DNA of 64,000 bases from Eledone cirrhosa (lineage: Eukaryota). The notes below the pieces were generated by a model. That model searched no databases and was not told the origin of the DNA. It saw nothing but the letters and a program-made list of their open reading frames with translations. Position numbers and translations under genes: made by a program. The stretch spans positions 278,380,001 to 278,444,000 of the forward strand of contig OZ024743.1 of assembly GCA_964016885.1 (NCBI GenBank), given 5' to 3'. Below are positions 60,835 to 64,000 of this stretch, piece by piece; position 1 is the stretch's first letter; each line of letters opens with the position of its first letter.

Positions 60835-62151
60835 GTATATATATATATATATGTATATATAAGTGCACACATGTATATATGTGCACACATGTATACATGT
60901 ATACATATACATATATATATATATCTATATATATGTATATATAAGTGCACACATGTGTGCATAGCTGGACATATTACGCATAAAATTCAGAAAATTCAAC
61001 AGTCAATTTTTTCTAATATTTACGTGGTTGATGCGGTCTTAATCAACATTCTGATTTGGTGTTTTTAATCTCTACATTTGTGTGTATATAGTAACTACAC
61101 GTGTATATATGATTCATGGTTGTGAAAGTTTCCAAGTATTTATGTGTATGAGTGTGCTTATGATAGTGTAAATATAAATATATATATATATATATAGACA
61201 TATATATATATATATATATATGTGCGTTCGTGTATGTATGTGTATCCATGTGAGTGTGTGTACATATATATATATAAATATGTTCGTGTGTATGAGTGAG
61301 TGCCTTAGTGAGTGCCTTTGTGTGTGTGTGTGCATGTGTATATGTAGATGTTACTAGACATGCTTTTATTAATTAATATGACTGAATTTATATAAAAATA
61401 TGTGGTAATCTCAAATATGTAAATAAATGTTCTACAACCCCCTCTCTCTCTATATATATATATATGTATATATATGAACATACACAAGTCCAGGGATAGG
61501 CGATCAAACGCTTACATTCTAACAAACACAGAGACCCATAATGAAATTTAAAATACTCATGGCTACAATGACATATAAAGACATCACATAAAAACACACA
61601 TACATACACAGTTTCCAACACATTCATACTTATATACTAAATGTCTACCGGTATGAAACACACGTAGCTACCTACCAACCTTCTTTCCTTCCTACCTACA
61701 CACACATACATACATACATACATACATACATACACACATACACACATACATACATACATACATACATACATACATACATACATACATACATACATACTTA
61801 TGCACACTTACATACGTACATTTAAATACGCAGAAAGAAACACCTCTCCAACTACATAGAGAAGAATATAAGGAGTAGTGTATCGCATCCTTTGATTTGA
61901 CTGAATTGTAATAGTATTCAGCTAAGTGCAGTTATGCACTTCAAAACAAAGCAGCCATGCGTGATGGTGTGTATACATGAAGAAAGAACTCAATTTCTTC
62001 ACTATGTGATTTAAGAAACATCACACCATATACATACGTCCGCGGAAACAAATATACTCACGCAACCATATAATCTTATACGCAATTTTATACATATACA
62101 TATTCATATATATGTATATATACATACATACATATGTATATATATATATAT

Positions 62152-62298
62152 ATGTTTATCCCTGGTTCAATCGGGAGTAGCCATAGTAAGTATGGTACTC
62201 AACACATAGCAGAGTATAAATATTTATTTAATATAGAAATGGATTCTACAGGACTAGAACTGTTTCATTCGGAAGAAATCATAAGGAAAGCCTGATGA
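62152..62298 (-). mobile_element. (TA)n-flanked cassette with decayed HHR (family H) and short fold-back
   Basis: Minus strand CTTATGA TTTC ttcc GAAT GAAA CAG TTC TAGTCC; the fold-back copy CCTGATGA (62291-62298) retains the canonical core. Confidence 0.55.
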
Positions 62299-62371
62299 TA
62301 TATATTATTTCTGGCAATATTATTATAACAACATGACCCTCCCAAAGTATAACAATATATATATATATATA

Positions 62372-62825
62372 TAAAATAAAGTAATTAAGTCAAATATTTA
62401 AGATTTGGCTTCGTTTATTAAAGATGTACTGCTATATATATTTCGGTGACAGCCATCATTGGCTGTGACCTCTTCAGGCACTTCAAATTGGTGTGGTAGA
62501 GACAGGTACACATGTTGTTAAAGTGTCAATACTCAGATATGTCCAGCTCCTGGTTGGGTTGTTATTTCTCTGAGGAACTGGAATCATGTGGAACTGTCTC
62601 TACCACACCAATTCGAACTGCCTGAAGAGGTCACAGCCAATGATGGCTGTCACCGAAATATATATAGCAGTACATCTTTAATAAACGAAGCCAAATCTTA
62701 AATATTTGACTTAATTACTTTATTTTACATTACTCCGGAGTAACCAAACCAACCTGCGTACTTCGTCGAGTGCTCCAATCTGCATACTGAGGTGTCGGTA
62801 AACAATCAACAAATACTCAAAATTG
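62372..62825 (+). mobile_element. Inverted-repeat cassette with HHR on both arms (family I)
   Basis: ~140-bp arms 62372-62514 and 62585-62727; HHR ACTGC CTGAAGA GGTCACAGCCA atga TGGCTGTCACC GAAA TATATA TA GCAGT at 62617-62671 (+), mirror at 62428-62482 (-). Confidence 0.9.
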
Positions 62826-62853
62826 ATATATATTATATATATATATATATATA

Positions 62854-62971
<118 letters not shown>

Positions 62972-63001
62972 ATATATACATATATATACATATATATATA
63001 C

Positions 63002-63101
<100 letters not shown>

Positions 63102-63885
63102 GCTCCGGAGCTGTTTGGTAAACTAGATGTTGAGGGTTCGTACCACTCCGGAACCTCCAAGTGATAGCTTAGTTTTCCCAATCGTGAGAGTTTGTGAGTT
63201 CGAGTCCCAGACCGGCCGATGATTTGTGTTCTTAAGCAAGAGACTTAAAGGAAAGAAATGTTTCTCTTTGTTGAATATAAGTCACCAATTTAGCGGAGAA
63301 GTATTTAGAAGTTGGTAAGGTTGCCACGAGGAACCAGGTTTGGTAGAAAGATATGATAGGAATATCGACCACGACTTTAGCTTGTTTTTACATTATTTAT
63401 TAACAAAGGTTGAGCTGGCATGCCAAGAGAAATAAAACAAACGAATTAAGATTCCAGAAAGACACGGGCTACTGGCTGAGAGAAGCGTTGCCAGGCCGTG
63501 GTTAAATTGTTGTGTTACATATTGGCTAGTGATTTCACGGCACAAGAAAAATGGTTGTTTACCTTAGCACGGTCGAAGATTTGAATCTTTACGGGCTATT
63601 TCTCCCTCAGAACGCGTAGGGATACACCCTCTTCTACTGGCGCTGATTGGCTGAGCTGAGCCAAATCACGCACAGAGAATGTATGTGAGCCCGCGGAATG
63701 TAGCTCACTACATCACCTCCGAGCAGATTTTTAGCCGAAAATCGTTAACGATGAAGCCGAGGACCCACAGATTATTGAATCAGCAAGAACAAATGCTGAA
63801 AGTGCACATCAGTGAAAAAATAATTGAGCAGAAAGATGCATGCAAGAAAATAAAAATGAGGCGCGACGGGCCGTGTTGAGCCGCT

Positions 63886-63958
63886 GTCAAATGACTAGCT
63901 GTTTTGTAGTTTATACGTGACCACCAAACGTCTACCAGAAAACAGCTAGTCATTTGAC
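63886..63958. repeat. Hairpin with 20-bp perfect arms
   Basis: GTCAAATGACTAGCTGTTTT (63886-63905) / AAAACAGCTAGTCATTTGAC (63939-63958). Confidence 0.85.
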
Positions 63959-64000
63959 TCCGTTGTAAAATTGAGTTGCCACGTCACAGGTATCAGGTTA

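Overview
AT-rich, microsatellite-saturated eukaryotic intergenic or intronic DNA. The SINE repertoire (tRNA-derived Meta-domain-like and CORE-like families) points to an octopod cephalopod, which is an inference. No intact host gene is evident, and nearly all ORF-track entries are (TA)n/(CA)n/(GA)n artefacts. The real content is retroelement debris: Penelope-like elements (PLE; RT and GIY-YIG remnants at ~5.4-8.0 kb and ~34.3-35.7 kb), a GC-rich CRE-like RT/RLE element (42.9-44.6 kb), an R4/Dong-like element (47.3-49.0 kb), a Tx1/L1-like element (21.8-24.0 kb), RTE fragments, about 20 SINEs (several stacked at one site), a Tc1/mariner-type MITE and a 42-bp minisatellite. The most striking signal is about 20 type I hammerhead ribozyme (HHR) motifs from roughly 10 sequence families. 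Most sit in short, mainly non-coding cassettes in or beside (TA)n tracts, often with fold-back inverted duplications. Three families carry a compensatory U3:A8 core (UUGANAA instead of CUGANGA). Structures were folded and translations made by eye; coordinates of decayed elements are approximate.
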